Assembly (NCBI GenBank): GCA_002269645.1
Contig: NIVC01001352.1
Coordinates: 1-46,578, forward strand
DNA length: 46,578 bases
From: Macrostomum lignano
Lineage: Eukaryota
Direction of reading: 5' to 3'
Shown here: positions 32,648 through 45,749 of the stretch, in pieces
Layout: each line of letters opens with the position of its first letter
How positions within the stretch are numbered: the first letter of the stretch is position 1
Translations under genes and position numbers: made by a program
The notes under the pieces: model-generated
The model's database searches: none
Told to the model about the DNA's origin: nothing
What the model saw: only the letters and a program-made list of their open reading frames with translations

Positions 32648-34789
32648 TCAAACTTTTATCTATTGAGGCATCTGTGCTCAGGCATAATTATGGATTATGC
32701 CTATGGACTCCTGGGCCTGTGGCAGAACATTAACAAACTGCTCACCAATCAAAACGCAGACTCCATGAGACAGTCCCTTCAAATACGTCACCTTTGAAGT
32801 CATGCTGAGCTGTTGCTTGGCTTAGCAGAAGTGCAAATTTAAATGATTCATTTTAATAAATAGACAAACCTAATTACTTAGTCATAAGAGATGGCCTATC
32901 TTATATTTGTGATTCCATATCTTCTACCAGGTTTTTTCATCAAAAATATGCCATTAGCAGAAAAATGGTTCATTTTGTTGTATTATAATTTCTATCTAAT
33001 CTTTTCTTATTCAACCAATTGCATATAATCACTACTAGGTAAAATTATTAACTTCAATTTTATCAGCCTTTATACATTAGTGATGCTTTAAGCATATCTG
33101 ACTTTTCACTTTTTTCATACACAAAAATTGTAATTGTTACTTTTGACATATGGACTTTAATAGAAGATATCATTCATATATTCTAGGCCCTATGCAGGCT
33201 AATATAATTTAAAACTTTAAACTAAAATGCTGAGATATTTATTACATACAAATATTGATTAATAAAAATATATAAACCTAGTTTTTTAAAAATATATATC
33301 TATTCAACTATTGTTTTTTTTAGTTTTTTTGCTAAATTAGGGCCTATAAAGATTGACATTGCATCTTATGTAAAATTTAAATTCTATATAGTATTACCTA
33401 GACAAAATGCATGCCATATTTTTTTTATATTTTTACTATGAGGCTAAAATATGCTTATACTAAAAAGTAGAAGCATAAAAAATAAGATATAGCCATGATT
33501 GCAAAAATCCTCCAATTGTAACACTCAAGTACAATCTTTATATTCCATTTTTTGTATAATAAGGAGGTCTACTTTATAACAAATCTTGTGAATATAAGTA
33601 AAGACTGTAGGCCTACTTTAGTAAGCTACAAGTATGATTTTTGTAGTTGCCCTACATTCTATATATTTTTCAATTCTTATTACTTTCCATTGGGTAAGGG
33701 CCTATCATATAACAAAATTGATATAAATAATTAATTGGGCAATTGACATTGGATATCATAAAATGAAAGAATTCCTGATAAATTTATAATGCTAAATACT
33801 TTTTTATATTTTGGTTTTTTTAATTTAATGTAATTGTAATGTCAATATGCATAGGCCTAATTTTCTATCTTATTAATTAGAACAAAATAAAACTATGTTT
33901 ACTAAAGATAGGCTGGTGTAATTTAAAAGGTTGCACATTGATATATTCAACTTAACTAAGCCTACTTGTGCAGTCAGTTCCTCTGTTCCCTGTTGACAAC
34001 ATAACATGGCAAATTAAAGAGGAAAATGTTACTTATGACGTTAGGACTCATGAGTACAAGCTCTGGAGTCTGGAGTCTACGGGGCGGAGGAAAAAGGCTG
34101 TGGCTAGGCTAGGGCTAGGCCTAGTCTAGATTAAATCTAAGCGTATCTATCCAGGCACTAACAATAATTTAGAAAATTTATAACTAGCATGACTGACATA
34201 AATGAAGGTTTAAATAACAAGTAGGCCTAAATGACAAAAAAATAGATGAGCATCAGTATACAGTCTATCTCAAATGTTAAAAAAGTTAAAAATATTTTTT
34301 TTCCAAAATTGTATGGGAAATTGAAGTTGAAAAACACCAAATTCCGAGAACTTTTTATTAGGATAAAACTAAATGACGTAAATTATATTTTTATATGTCT
34401 TAAAAGAAATAAAAATTGCTACTATGTTTCTGAGAAATATTTAAACTTGTATTTTAATGCGTAATAATTACTTTTAATAAATTAATTTTTTCAAAAAGAA
34501 TTGTGATTCGGCTTGGCAATTTCGACCTGATATCAACTTGAAGAATCCATTAAAGGCATTTGAAAAACTTAAGCTTGTGTTTAATTTATTCAGCATAAGT
34601 GTTCTCTTATTTAGTTTCTCAAGGCGGGATCGCCCGCATACGAGTATATAAATTTACATGCATGGGCAACTTTGACTGACAAAAGGAGACATATATACAA
34701 TTTGTACAAAGTTTTACTGCATGATCAAAAGTTCTCGTGTTCAAAGTAAACAAACAAAACCACTGAAAATGTTGTCCAGCTGCTCTCCA

Positions 34790-35372
34790 TACCTACCTCC
34801 CTACCTCCCTGCCTCCCTCCTCCCTACCTCCCTACCTCCCTGCCTCCCTACCTCCCTACCTCCCTACCTCCCTGCCTCCCTACCTCCCTACCTCCCTACC
34901 TCCCTACCTCCCTGCCTCCCTACCTCCCTACCTCCCTACCTCCCTGCCTCCCTACCTCCCTATAGTTACCTCCCTACCTCCCTACTTCCCTGCCTCCCTA
35001 CCTCCCTATAGCTACCTCCCTACCTCCCTACCTCTCTGCCTCCCTACCTCCCTACCTCCCTACCTCCCTACCTCCCTGCCTCCCTACCTCCCTACCTCCC
35101 TACCTCCTAACTTCCTACCTCCTATATCTCCCAACCTCCCTACCTCTTATATCTCCCAACCTCCCTACCTCCCTACCTCCTAACTCCCTACCTCCCTACC
35201 TCCCTACCTCTCTACTTCCCTACCTCCTACCTCCCTACCTCCCTACCTCCCTACCTCCCTACCTCCCTACCTCCCTACCTCCCTACCTCCCTACCTCCCT
35301 ACCTCCCTACCTCCCTGCCTCCCTACCTCCCTACCTCCCTGCCTCCCTACCTCCCGACTTCCCGACCTCCCT
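34790..35372. repeat. (CTCCCTAC)n 8-bp minisatellite
   Basis: Directly visible. Confidence 0.95.
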
Positions 35373-38039
35373 AGCTCTATTGATATCTGATTATTTTAGG
35401 TCAATACAGACCGGAAAATTCTAACCCAGTCAATATTGTCTCATTCGTCAGAACGCAATTGAATTATTGTAGTTAAAAATCCATTTTGTTACAAAATCAA
35501 TAAGCTAAACTGAAACAAAGATTCATAAAAACGACTGAATCATCAAGGCTACAAGAATAAAAGCAAGTCATATCAAAAGATGAGCATCGGGTCTGGCTCC
35601 TATCATAAGCAGTAACAAATTTGATGCTGAAAGAATCAAAGACTATTCGCCGTAATTAATTTTTCGCTAAAACCGGCCTTCTAAAATTTTTCCAAGAAAG
35701 CGTAGTTTCCCGTCCCTCTAATTGGGCACACCTTGCTTTCATATAGCACTTGTGCATCACTATCTGACGCGATGTCGGAGTCCTGATGAGAGTCTGACTC
35801 TCCAATCAGATCAGCTTGCTTCCTTGCAGATCAAAATCCGGAAACGAAATTACTTTTTCCATCAGCATCGCTTCAAAAGTGAGCTCACAGCATGCCCAGA
35901 AAGCTTTCTACAATTTGCTTGTTGTGTGGGTCATCCTTCTAGCCCTACAGTCCGCGACAGTGCCTTAAAAACAACATGCCAGGTAGATGAAGCTTCCCTG
36001 GTCTGTGAAGTTTCCCCGGTTGGGGAAGTTTCCCTGGTTGGGAATTTTCCCTGGTTGGGGAAGTTTCCCTAGTTTATTTAGCTTGTAATGTTTTTGATCT
36101 GTGAAGCCGTCACAAATGCTCTCTAAAGCTATCGTGCAGTCTCAAAGCCGCAGCTAAAGGTGAGGCAAGACTTGGCGAACGGTGAAGAAGGCGGCCTGTC
36201 AGGCCATGCAGCAAACACAGGAGCAAGAATGCATAAACAAGTGCGGGGTTTGCCTGAACTGCAGTCAGCCGAAACGGGGAGGTAAAAAAAGAACAAGACA
36301 GAAAAGTCCACGTGGACTGTTCAGCGCTGTGTGTACATGTGCACATTTTGACAAATATTCGCTGCAATACATAAAATGAGTTTGTGTCTCGGATGTGATC
36401 GAATGAGATCTGAGAACCTTCTTGATAGAGTGTGGCGAATAAAGTGATTTAGAATTTGATAAAATCATCCATTTTAAAGCATAGAATTTGAGATAGCTTT
36501 GGAAATATAGGCTTCCCTCTCTACGCTTCGTTGATTCGTATCTTAGCCTATATCTTATCGATCATGTCAGGACAGACATGGGGGTCCAACCCCCATGGCA
36601 CAGAAAGTCAATGTACATTCTGTGTGAGCGTGTGTATGAGTGTTTGCCAGTGTACAGTATTTGTTTCACTAATTACATGAAACAGACTCTAAAACACTCG
36701 ATTGCAAGATTTCAGACCAATAGTTTCGGGCAACTGCATGCGATTCATTGACAGGCCGCCCGGATGGGGAAGAGAAGCCGCTGACAGCCCCGCTCACCTG
36801 AGCAATACTTTGAATCGAAAGTGCGGAGCAGAGCAAAGATAACAAAAAATATGGGCTTTGGAGCTCTCAGCTCACACAGAAACGGCCATGCCAGCTTTTC
36901 CCATCCCCCTCTCTCCTCTCCTCTCTCTGCCCTGTTCCCCAATTCCTTAAGTCTGTAGGGCAGCGCACTGAAAGTTCAGCTTGAGCAATGGCCAGGGCAA
37001 AGCAAAGGCACGCGGTGCATTGCGCGGTGCGAGTGGGGAGCAGAGCTGGCTGAAGCGCCAGCCCACCCGCACCCCGTTCGTTTCGTCTTCTAAAAGAGGG
37101 GTGAAAGCTGCCTGCTCGCCGCGAACAGGAGCTGCGCAAAGTGTACATTTCCCACTCCAAACCCCCGGGGGGGGGCAGCAGGGAAGCTCAGGGCGACGCG
37201 GCGGTGGGTCTTGCAGTGCACTGGAGGAGCCGAGAGGACGGCAGTTTCAGCTCCCCAAACCAGTCGCAAGCAGCTTAGGCGAGTGAGCGCGCAAAACAGG
37301 CCAGTGGGTGTGGATGAAGGAGAGAGGGGAGAGGAGAGGGTGGGAGAGGAGGGAGGCCCGGCATCCCCGGGGCAGTTCAGTCGCCGAACCAGCCACCCGC
37401 CCCATCCCATTCCCAACTCCCAGGCCGACTTCTGTTCTTGAAATTCCTGCCGTGTCCCCTCCCCCCCTCTCCCCTCTCCCCTCTCTCTCCCCTCTCTCTC
37501 CCCTCTCTCTGTCCCCCTTCGCCGCCTTTAGCAGCTCCTTAGCCCCATTTTCTTAATGCGGGCGCACTGTTGGCTTGACCGCATGCATATAGGCTATCAT
37601 CTCGTTTGGCAGTGACAGTTGAGTCCCCAGCAGAGCCTTAGCTACACAAGCACCCCAATCCCCCCCGGCGAGGATTTCACAATTTTTCAAAGACTTCAAA
37701 GACTTGTCAGAGTTGCTATGAGCACCAGCGGCGCCCCCTGACCAGTTGAGCCCGCCTGCTGTCACTGGAAACTTGTCTGCCGATATGTAGGGAGGCTGAC
37801 TTCGAATTTGACCCGTACACTTCTGCTTCGCCTTTGCATTTAACCATTCGAATTTAATTTTTGTGGTAAGTATAGCAGTCAATAACCAGCTACTTTGCAT
37901 AGTTTTCGAAACTTACCTTTTATCTGCACTAGACATATTGACACCTGGAATGCCTGCAAAAATCCTCTTTGCCATCTGAATAGGCAAGTCAGGTTTTCTA
38001 TTATATAATGCTTTAGTATTGCCACTGAGATTCTCTATG

Positions 38040-39113
38040 ATCTCCAGGTTTCTATACGACTCTATGGATCTCAATGACCTCAATGATTCTCTATATAACT
38101 TCAATGATTCTCCATGACCTCAATGATTCTCTATGACTTCAATGATTCTCTATGACCTCAATGATTCTCTATGGACCTCAATGATTCTCTATAGACCTCA
38201 ATGATTCTCTATGACCTCAATGATTCTCTATGACCTCAAAGATTCTGTATGACCTCAATGATTCTCTAAAGACCTCAATGATTCTATATGACCTCACTGA
38301 TTCTCTATGACCTCAATGATTCTCTATAGACCTCAATGATTCTCTATGACCTCAATGATTCTCTATGACCTCAATAATTCTCTTTGACTTCACTGATTCT
38401 CGATAGACCTCAATGATTCTCTATAGACCTCAATGACTGTTGATGACCTCAATGATTCTCTATGACCTCAATGATTCTCTATGACCTCAATGATTCTCTA
38501 TGACCTCAATGATTCTCTATAACTTCAATGATTCTCTATGACCTCAATGATTCTCTATGACTTCAATGATTCTCTATGACCTCACTGATTCTCTATGACT
38601 TCAATGATTCTCTATGACCTCACTGATTCTCTATAACTGCAATGATTCTCAATGACCTCAATGATTCTCTATGACCTCAATGATTCTCTATGACCTCAAT
38701 GATTCTCTATGAACTCAATGATTCTCTATGACCTCAATGATTCTCTATGACCTCAATGATTCTCTATGGACCTCACTGGTTCTCTATGACTTCAATGATT
38801 CTCTATGACCTCACTGGTTCTCTATGACTTCAATGATTCTCTATGACCTCAATGATTCTCTATGACCTCAATGATTCTTTATGAGCTCAATGACTGTTGA
38901 TGACCTCAAAGATTTTTTATGACCTCAATGATTCTCTATGAGCTCAAGGATTCTCTAAGACTTCACTGATTCTCTATGACTTCACTGATTCTCTATGACT
39001 TCAATTATTCTCTGTGACTTCACTGATTCTCTATGACCTCAATGATTCTCCATTAGCTTAATGATTATCTATGACCTCGATGATTTTCTATGCCCTCAAT
39101 GATTCTCTATGAC
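38040..39113. repeat. 19-bp minisatellite (ATGATTCTCTATGACCTCA)
   Basis: Directly visible tandem units. Confidence 0.95.
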
Positions 39114-39794
39114 CTGCGGCCCATTCATTTCATAAAGAGTCTATTTATCTATTTATTTGTCTGTCTGTCTAATAAGAAAATTGTCTATAGCCTCAATTAC
39201 GAGCCAATTATGGTGACTTTAAGATTCTAAACGACCTCTGTGACCACGTCAGAAAAAAATTAAAGTCAGATTAACTTAAGTAAAATTAAAATAAGCATTA
39301 AATTTAGCTTCTATTCCAATTTAGATGATAACTCACAGCAGTTCTGGTACGCATAAACCCAAGTTATTCGAGAGGCTATAAAATAAGAATAATAAATCTC
39401 CCCTCATCGCGCCAGAAGCCCATGCATTTTTAATTCATTATTAAAATACAAAATCTATGCCGAGAAATCTCCCGTACCGTCAGACAGAAATTATAACAAA
39501 ATCGAGGACAATCCATTGAAGATCGTTTTTGATTTAAAAAAAACGATGATTCACAAAAGTGGTGATGATTTGTTGAATTCGTCAATGACTTTTTTAATCT
39601 TTTTAATTCCTGAACACGACATTTACTAGACAGTGCTTTAGCGGCGCGAAATTTTCAACAGCTTTCACTTCACACTTTTCTTAGTCTGTTGCTTTTAGTA
39701 GGGTTGCCATCAATTTATTAATTCCAGTTCGATCGGAAATTCAATATACCTCTTGGCACCTGGTCTCTTAAATGTGCTCATGTGTACTCTTATT

Positions 39795-40485
39795 TTCCTT
39801 TCTCTCCCCTCTCCTTCTCTTCCCCTGCCTCTTCCCTCTACCCCTCTCTCCCTCTCCCTCTCTCTCTCTCCCTCTCTCTCTCTCACTCTCCCCCTCTCTT
39901 TCTCCCTCTCTCTCCATCTTTCCCTATCTCCCTCTCCCTCTACCCCTCTCTCCCTCTCCCTCTCTCTCTCTCACTCTCCCCCTCTCTTTCTCCCTCTCTC
40001 TCCATCTTTCCCTATCTCCCTCTCCCTCTCCCGTTCTCTTCTCTCTTTCTCCCCTCTATCGCTCTCTCCTTCTCTCACTCTCCCTCTCTTCCTCTCACTC
40101 TCCCTCTCTCCTTTTCTACCTCTCTGCCTCTCTCCCTCTCTGCCTCTCTCCCTCTCTCCGTCTCTCTCTCCTTTCTTTTAATCTCCCTATCTCCGCCCCT
40201 CTCTCTCCCTCTCCCTTCTCCCCCCTCCCTTCTCTCCCTCTCCCTTCTTTCCGTCTCCCTCTCTCCCTATCCCCTCTCTCCCTCTCCCTCTCCCGTTCTC
40301 TCCCTCTCTCTCCCTCTCTCGCTCTCTCCCTCTCTAACTCTACCTCTCTTCCTCTCATTCTCCCTCTCTCCCTTTCTCCTATCTCCCTCTCCTTCTTTCC
40401 CTTTCTTTGACTCCCCATCTCTCTCTCCCTCTCTCCCTCTCTCCCTCTCGCCCCTTTCTCTCTCCCTCTTTTGACTGCCTCTCTC
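39795..40485. repeat. CT-rich polypyrimidine low-complexity tract
   Basis: Almost purely C/T on the plus strand. Explains the ORFs at 39753-40474. Confidence 0.95.
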
Positions 40486-40965
40486 GCAATCTTCGCCTGC
40501 TTTTTGAATTTCTCACTGAGCGGATTTCTTTGGTATCAGCTGTATAAATATTCTTCACCTTTCTTCACACCCATCCACCTCCTCCACCATTTGTCCCTAC
40601 TCTACTCCCACCTTCTTAATATCCCTTTCGACCCGTCTCCATTTCTATTTAGCTTAATCCTTCCCCACACGCAGATCGCAGCCTCCCCTGCACCCATTTG
40701 GCCTCATTTCCCGTCTCCCAATCGGCCGTGTCGCTTTTCAGTGCTTCATTTCGTTGGTTTTATAAATTTCCCCCTGCTCAGAGACCCCATCGCCCCCAAA
40801 CTCAGCTGGAATCCCTGCTTGTCTGTCCGCCTCATTTTTATCCCAAATCCGCCCCTAGGGAAGTTTTGGTGGCTTCTCTCAGTTGATGGTCTCTGGCTGC
40901 GCTGACCTGATCAATGGGACCAACCCTGGCTTTGCTTAAAATAGACTCAAGGCTGGAATCTAACA

Positions 40966-41410
40966 GTAGGCTATAGATTAGCAATCCATTCTATTCCTTA
41001 ATCTTCATGTAGGCTATAGATTAGCAATCCATTCTATTCCTTAATCTTCATGTAGGCTATAGATTAGCAATCCATTCTATTCCTTAATCTTCATGTAGGC
41101 TATAGATTAGCAATCCATTCTATTCCTTAATCTTCATGTAGGCTATAGATTAGCAATCCATCTATTCCTTGATCTTCATGTAGGCTATAGATTAGCAATC
41201 CATCTATTCCTTAATCTTCATGTAGGCTATAGATTAGCAATCCATCTATTCCTTGATCTTCATGTAGGCTATAGATTAGCAATCCATCTATTCCTTAATC
41301 TTCGTGTAGGCTATAGATTAGCAATCCATCTATTCCTTGATCTTCATGTAGGCTATAGATTAGCAATCCATTATATCCCATTATGTATGCGGAATAGATT
41401 AGCAATCCAC
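40966..41410. repeat. 42-43-bp minisatellite (GTAGGCTATAGATTAGCAATCCATTCTATTCCTTAATCTTCAT)
   Basis: About 9-10 units; period 43 in the first copies, 42 in later ones. Confidence 0.95.
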
Positions 41411-41546
41411 TATTTAAAGAAATTAACTATCAAACATTAGCACTTCATTGAACAGGAACACTATTTCTATATTTAGCTAGTTGTTGGATGTATCAAAGAA
41501 GTACACCAAGAACTTTTTATCCTCATCCGCTCCCGCCTAGCCAGTC

Positions 41547-41836
41547 ATGAGCGCCGCCATGAAAACTTATCGAAAGAGCAGCAGCGGCGGCTCCGGCGGC
41601 GGCAATTCCGATGCACAGAAGCAGACCCAGCGGGCACTGCTGAAGTACAACGCCTCCAGCAGCAGCGGCGGCGGCGGCGGCGGTGGCGGCAGGAACAACC
41701 GCAACGGCAGTCGGTCGCACAGCGGCGACGCACCCGACGGTCCGATTGGCGATGAAGGCGGAGACGGCGGCGGCGAGGCGAGACGAGGCAACAAGACCTG
41801 CTGCTTCTGCTGGTGCTGCTGCTGCTCCTGCTCCTG
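41547..41836 (+). CDS. RGS17: RZ-family regulator of G-protein signalling (RGS17/19/20-like), first coding exon with cysteine string
   Basis: NKTCCFCWCCCCSCS is the RZ-family cysteine string. Donor TG|GTTAGT at 41837. The symbol reflects the best remembered match; an invertebrate gene would be co-orthologous to RGS17/19/20. Confidence 0.88.
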
Positions 41837-42159
41837 GTTAGTGCTGCCAATCATTTTCTCTGTTGTAAAATAGTAACATGTACCTTTCTATACTGGCTAC
41901 TTGCAGTAGGGTATCGCGGAGATATTATTTAATTTATTTGAGAAATCATCAAATTAGCAATGCGAGTTGTTATTTCAGGACAACTGCTGCTATACAGAAT
42001 CTAGACCAGAAAGATCAGGCTCCTTAGAGGACATTGCGGTTCCGCAAACAAAAAAATGTATAGGTTTTTTGAGAGTACCAGAAAATATGATAAACGAGAA
42101 ACAGTATTTAAAAAATTGAGAAAGTTTGGATTGGTTTATTAGAATGAAAAATATAAAGT

Positions 42160-43980
42160 GAGAGAGAGGAAAGAAGATAGGAAAAAGAGAGAAGGGGAGT
42201 GAGAAGGAGAGAGAGAGAAGGGGAGAGAGAAGGGAAGAGAGAAGGGAAGAGAGAAGGGAAGAGAGAAGGGAAGAGAGAAGGGGAGAGAGAAGGAGAGAGA
42301 GAGAAGGGAAGAGAGAAGGGAAGAGAGAAGGGAAGAGAGAAGGAAGAGAGAAGGGAAGAGAGAAGGGAGAGAGAAGGGGAGAGAGAAGGGGAGAGAGAAG
42401 GGGAGAGAGAAGGGAGAGAGAAGGGAAGAGAGAAGGGGAGAGAGAAGGGGAGAGAGGGGAGAGAGAAGGGAAGAGAGAAGGGGAGAGAGAAGGGGAGAGA
42501 GAAGGGAAGAGAGAAGGGGAGAGAGAAGGGAAGAGAGAAGGGAAGAGAAGGGGAGAGAGAAGGGGAGAGAGAAGGGGAGAGAGAGAAGGGAAGAGAGAAG
42601 GGAAGAGAGAAGGGAAGAGAGAAGGGAGAGAGAAGGAAGAGAGAAGGGAAGAGAGAAGGAAGAGAGAAGTGGAGTGAGAAGGAGAGAGAGAGAAGGGAGA
42701 GAGAAGGGAAGAGAGAAGGGAGAGAGAAGGGAAGAGAGAAGGGAAGAGAGAAGGGGAGAGAGAAGGGAAGAGAGAAGGGAGAGAGAAGGGAAGAGAGAAG
42801 GGAAGAGAGAAGGGAAGAGAGAGGGAAGAGAGAAGGGAAGAGAGAAGGGAGAGAGAAGGGAAGAGAGAAGGGAAGAGAGAAGGGAAGAGAGAAGGGAGAG
42901 AGAGAAGGGAAGAGAGAAGGGAGAGAGAAGGGGAGAGAGAAGGGAGAGAGAAGGAAGGAGAGAGAGAAGGGAGAGAGAAGGGAAGAGAGAAGGGAGAGAG
43001 AAGGAAGAGAGAAGGGGAGAGAGAAGGGAGAGAGAAGGGAGAGAGAGGAAGGGAGAGAGAAGGGGAGAGAGAAGGGAGAGAGAAGGGAAGAGAGAAGGGA
43101 AGAGAAGGGGAGAGAGAAGGGAAGAGAGAGGGAAGAGAAGGGGAGAGAGAAGGGGAGAGAGAAGGGAAGAGAGAAGGGAAGAGAGAAGGGAAGAGAGAAG
43201 GGAAGAGAGAAGGGAAGAGAGAAGGGGAGAGAGAAGGGAGAGAGAAGGGAAGAGAGAAGGGAAGAGAGAAGGGAGAGAGAGAGAGAAGGGAAGAGAGAAG
43301 GGGAGAGAGAAGGGAGAGAGAAGGGAAGAGAGAAGGGGAGAGAGAAGGGAAGAGAGAAGGGGAGAGAGAAGGGGAGAGAGAAGGGGAGAGAGAAGGGAAG
43401 AGAGAAGGGAGAGGAAGGGAAGAGAGAAGGGAAGAGAAGGGGAGAGAGAAGGGAAGAGAGAAGGGAAGAGAGAAGGAGAGAGAGAAGGAGAGAGAGAAGG
43501 GAAGAGAAGTGGAGTGAGAAGGAGAGAGAAAGAAGGGGAGAGAGAAGGGGAAGAGAAGGGAAGAGAGAAGTGGAGTGAGAAGGAGAGAGAGAAGGGGAGA
43601 GAGAAGGGAAGAGAGAAGGGGAGAGAGAGGAAGAGAGAAGGGAGAGAGAGAAGGAGAGAGAGAAGGGGAGAGAGAAGGGAAGAGAGAAGTGGAGTGAGAA
43701 GGAGAGAGAGAGAAGGGGAGAGAAGGGAAGAGAGAAGGGGAGAGAGAAGGGAGAGAGAAGGGGAGAGAGAAGGAAGAGAGAAGGAGAGAGAAGGGGAGAG
43801 AGAAGGGAAGAGAGAAGGGAAGAGAGAAGGGAAGAGAGAAGGGAGAGAGAAGGAAGAGAGAAGGGAAGAGAGAAGGGGAGAGAGAAGGGAAGAGAGAAGG
43901 GAAGACGGAATGGGAGAGAGAAGAGAAGAGAAGGGGAGATGGGGAGCGAGGGGGAGAGGAGAGAGTCGAACAAAGAGAAA
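42160..43980. repeat. 12-bp polypurine minisatellite (GGGAAGAGAGAA)n in the RGS intron
   Basis: Almost purely A/G on the plus strand for ~1.8 kb. Explains the ORFs at 41990-44101. Confidence 0.97.
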
Positions 43981-44664
43981 GGTGAGGTGTTTCAGTTGAC
44001 ACATTAGTTGGAAAGGAGGTCAGAAGGAGCCTGAAATCCGCAGAATTTCCCATGCAGGAACGCGGTGACTGCAGTGTGAGAGTGGACCAGAGAAGGCTCA
44101 AACAGGGAAACCTGAGCTGCTCATCCCAAACGGGGATTTAATCCGCGGTTCCCGCTGCCCGTTCCCCATCGAGAAATTTCTGCTTTGCGCTTCGCCTTTC
44201 AGGCTGACAGAATTGGCCCTGCCAGCCATATCTGCTCAGGCCCTGCTCACCTCTCCATTCCCCTCTCAGCCTGTCCCCCCGAGTGCTCACTTAATCCGCG
44301 CCGCTGAAATCTGGGATCGGCGAGATGCGCCGTCACTGGCTGCTGCTTCCGCTGCCCGACCCCCCGGGGCGCGCGGGGGATTGAATAGAGAATGGGGAGT
44401 GGGCGGTTCCGCCTGAGCACTGATTTCCCAGTCCTTGCCGTCCCATTCAAGTACCCCACCCGCCCCCTGTCTTCGGCCATTGGTCTCGCATTTGCGCTCG
44501 GGTAATAAGGATTTGCCCGGAGGTTCTGTCTGTGAACTGCAGGGGCTCAGAGAGAGAGGGGCTCTTCTTTAGCGGAAAGGCTTTTGAGCTCAGGACTGAG
44601 CAGCCGCATAGGTGAGACAGAGTGGGAACAGTCCTGACAGCATGACTTTCTGCTGCGCTTCCAG

Positions 44665-44757
44665 CCTCAGCGTCAAGTCCAACAGGCAGGAGGTGACGCC
44701 CAGGCAGTCGGGAGTGTCGCAGACTGCAAAGGACATCTCTGCCTTCGACTTCGGCAG
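44665..44757 (+). CDS. RGS17: RGS coding exon 2
   Basis: Acceptor tgcgcttccag. Splicing gives ...CSCSC-LSVKSNRQE..., matching the RGS17 CSCSCLTVRNE pattern. Donor AG|GTGAGA; phase 2 on both sides. Confidence 0.82.
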
Positions 44758-44774
44758 GTGAGACTGCTGGTGGA

Positions 44775-45198
<424 letters not shown>

Positions 45199-45411
45199 TT
45201 TGTTTTTTCTGCGATATTTCCCTAATTAGAATTGGGATTGCAGAGATAATCTTCCTGCCCGATCCCAGCTGTTCCCGGCAAGTGATTTGGAGGCACAAAG
45301 GCTGCTGTGTCGCACCTGCGTTGTTTTTTCCTTGGGGAATCAGCCACACGGGAAACCGGTGAAGAAAGGCTGGGAAAAATATTGATTTTCATATCCGCCA
45401 TCGCCTTGCAG

Positions 45412-45473
45412 CATCTCCAAGGAGGAAGCCAAGCAATGGGGAGAGTCCTTCGATGCGCTGATGCAGAGCGCCA
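45412..45473 (+). CDS. RGS17: RGS coding exon 3 (start of the RGS domain); the gene continues beyond the window
   Basis: Acceptor cgccttgcag. SISKEEAKQWGESFDALMQSA is RGS helix 1 (EE...W..SFD.LM). Donor A|GTGAGT. Confidence 0.9.
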
Positions 45474-45749
45474 GTGAGTTCTGTTTCAATTATTATTTCT
45501 AGAAGTGCTTTTTAAAAATGCTTCTTTGCACTTCAAGCGAATGCGTCTGCGATTCTGATAAATTCAGCTCCGGTTATGATATCTGAAAAATGATAATTAT
45601 TCTGCTATTGCAACAGACCTTGAATAGTGGAATACTGTACGCAAGCACAGCACTCATAGCACACGCCACACAGGGTGTACAGCTGCACAGACTTTCTAAT
45701 TGTCAGGTATGTGCAGTCTCTGTGAGCCTTGGGGTTGTCCCCTAATGAG

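Noticed and set aside
28016-32651. Many overlapping plus-strand and alternative-frame ORFs across CLPX
   Set aside because: Antisense shadows of GC-rich exons or read-through of intronic minisatellites. The six-exon minus-strand model accounts for the coding signal.
36578-36598. Isolated hairpin CATGGGGG-TCCAA-CCCCCATG
   Set aside because: No CTRR end, partner terminus or other context to assign it to an element or terminator.
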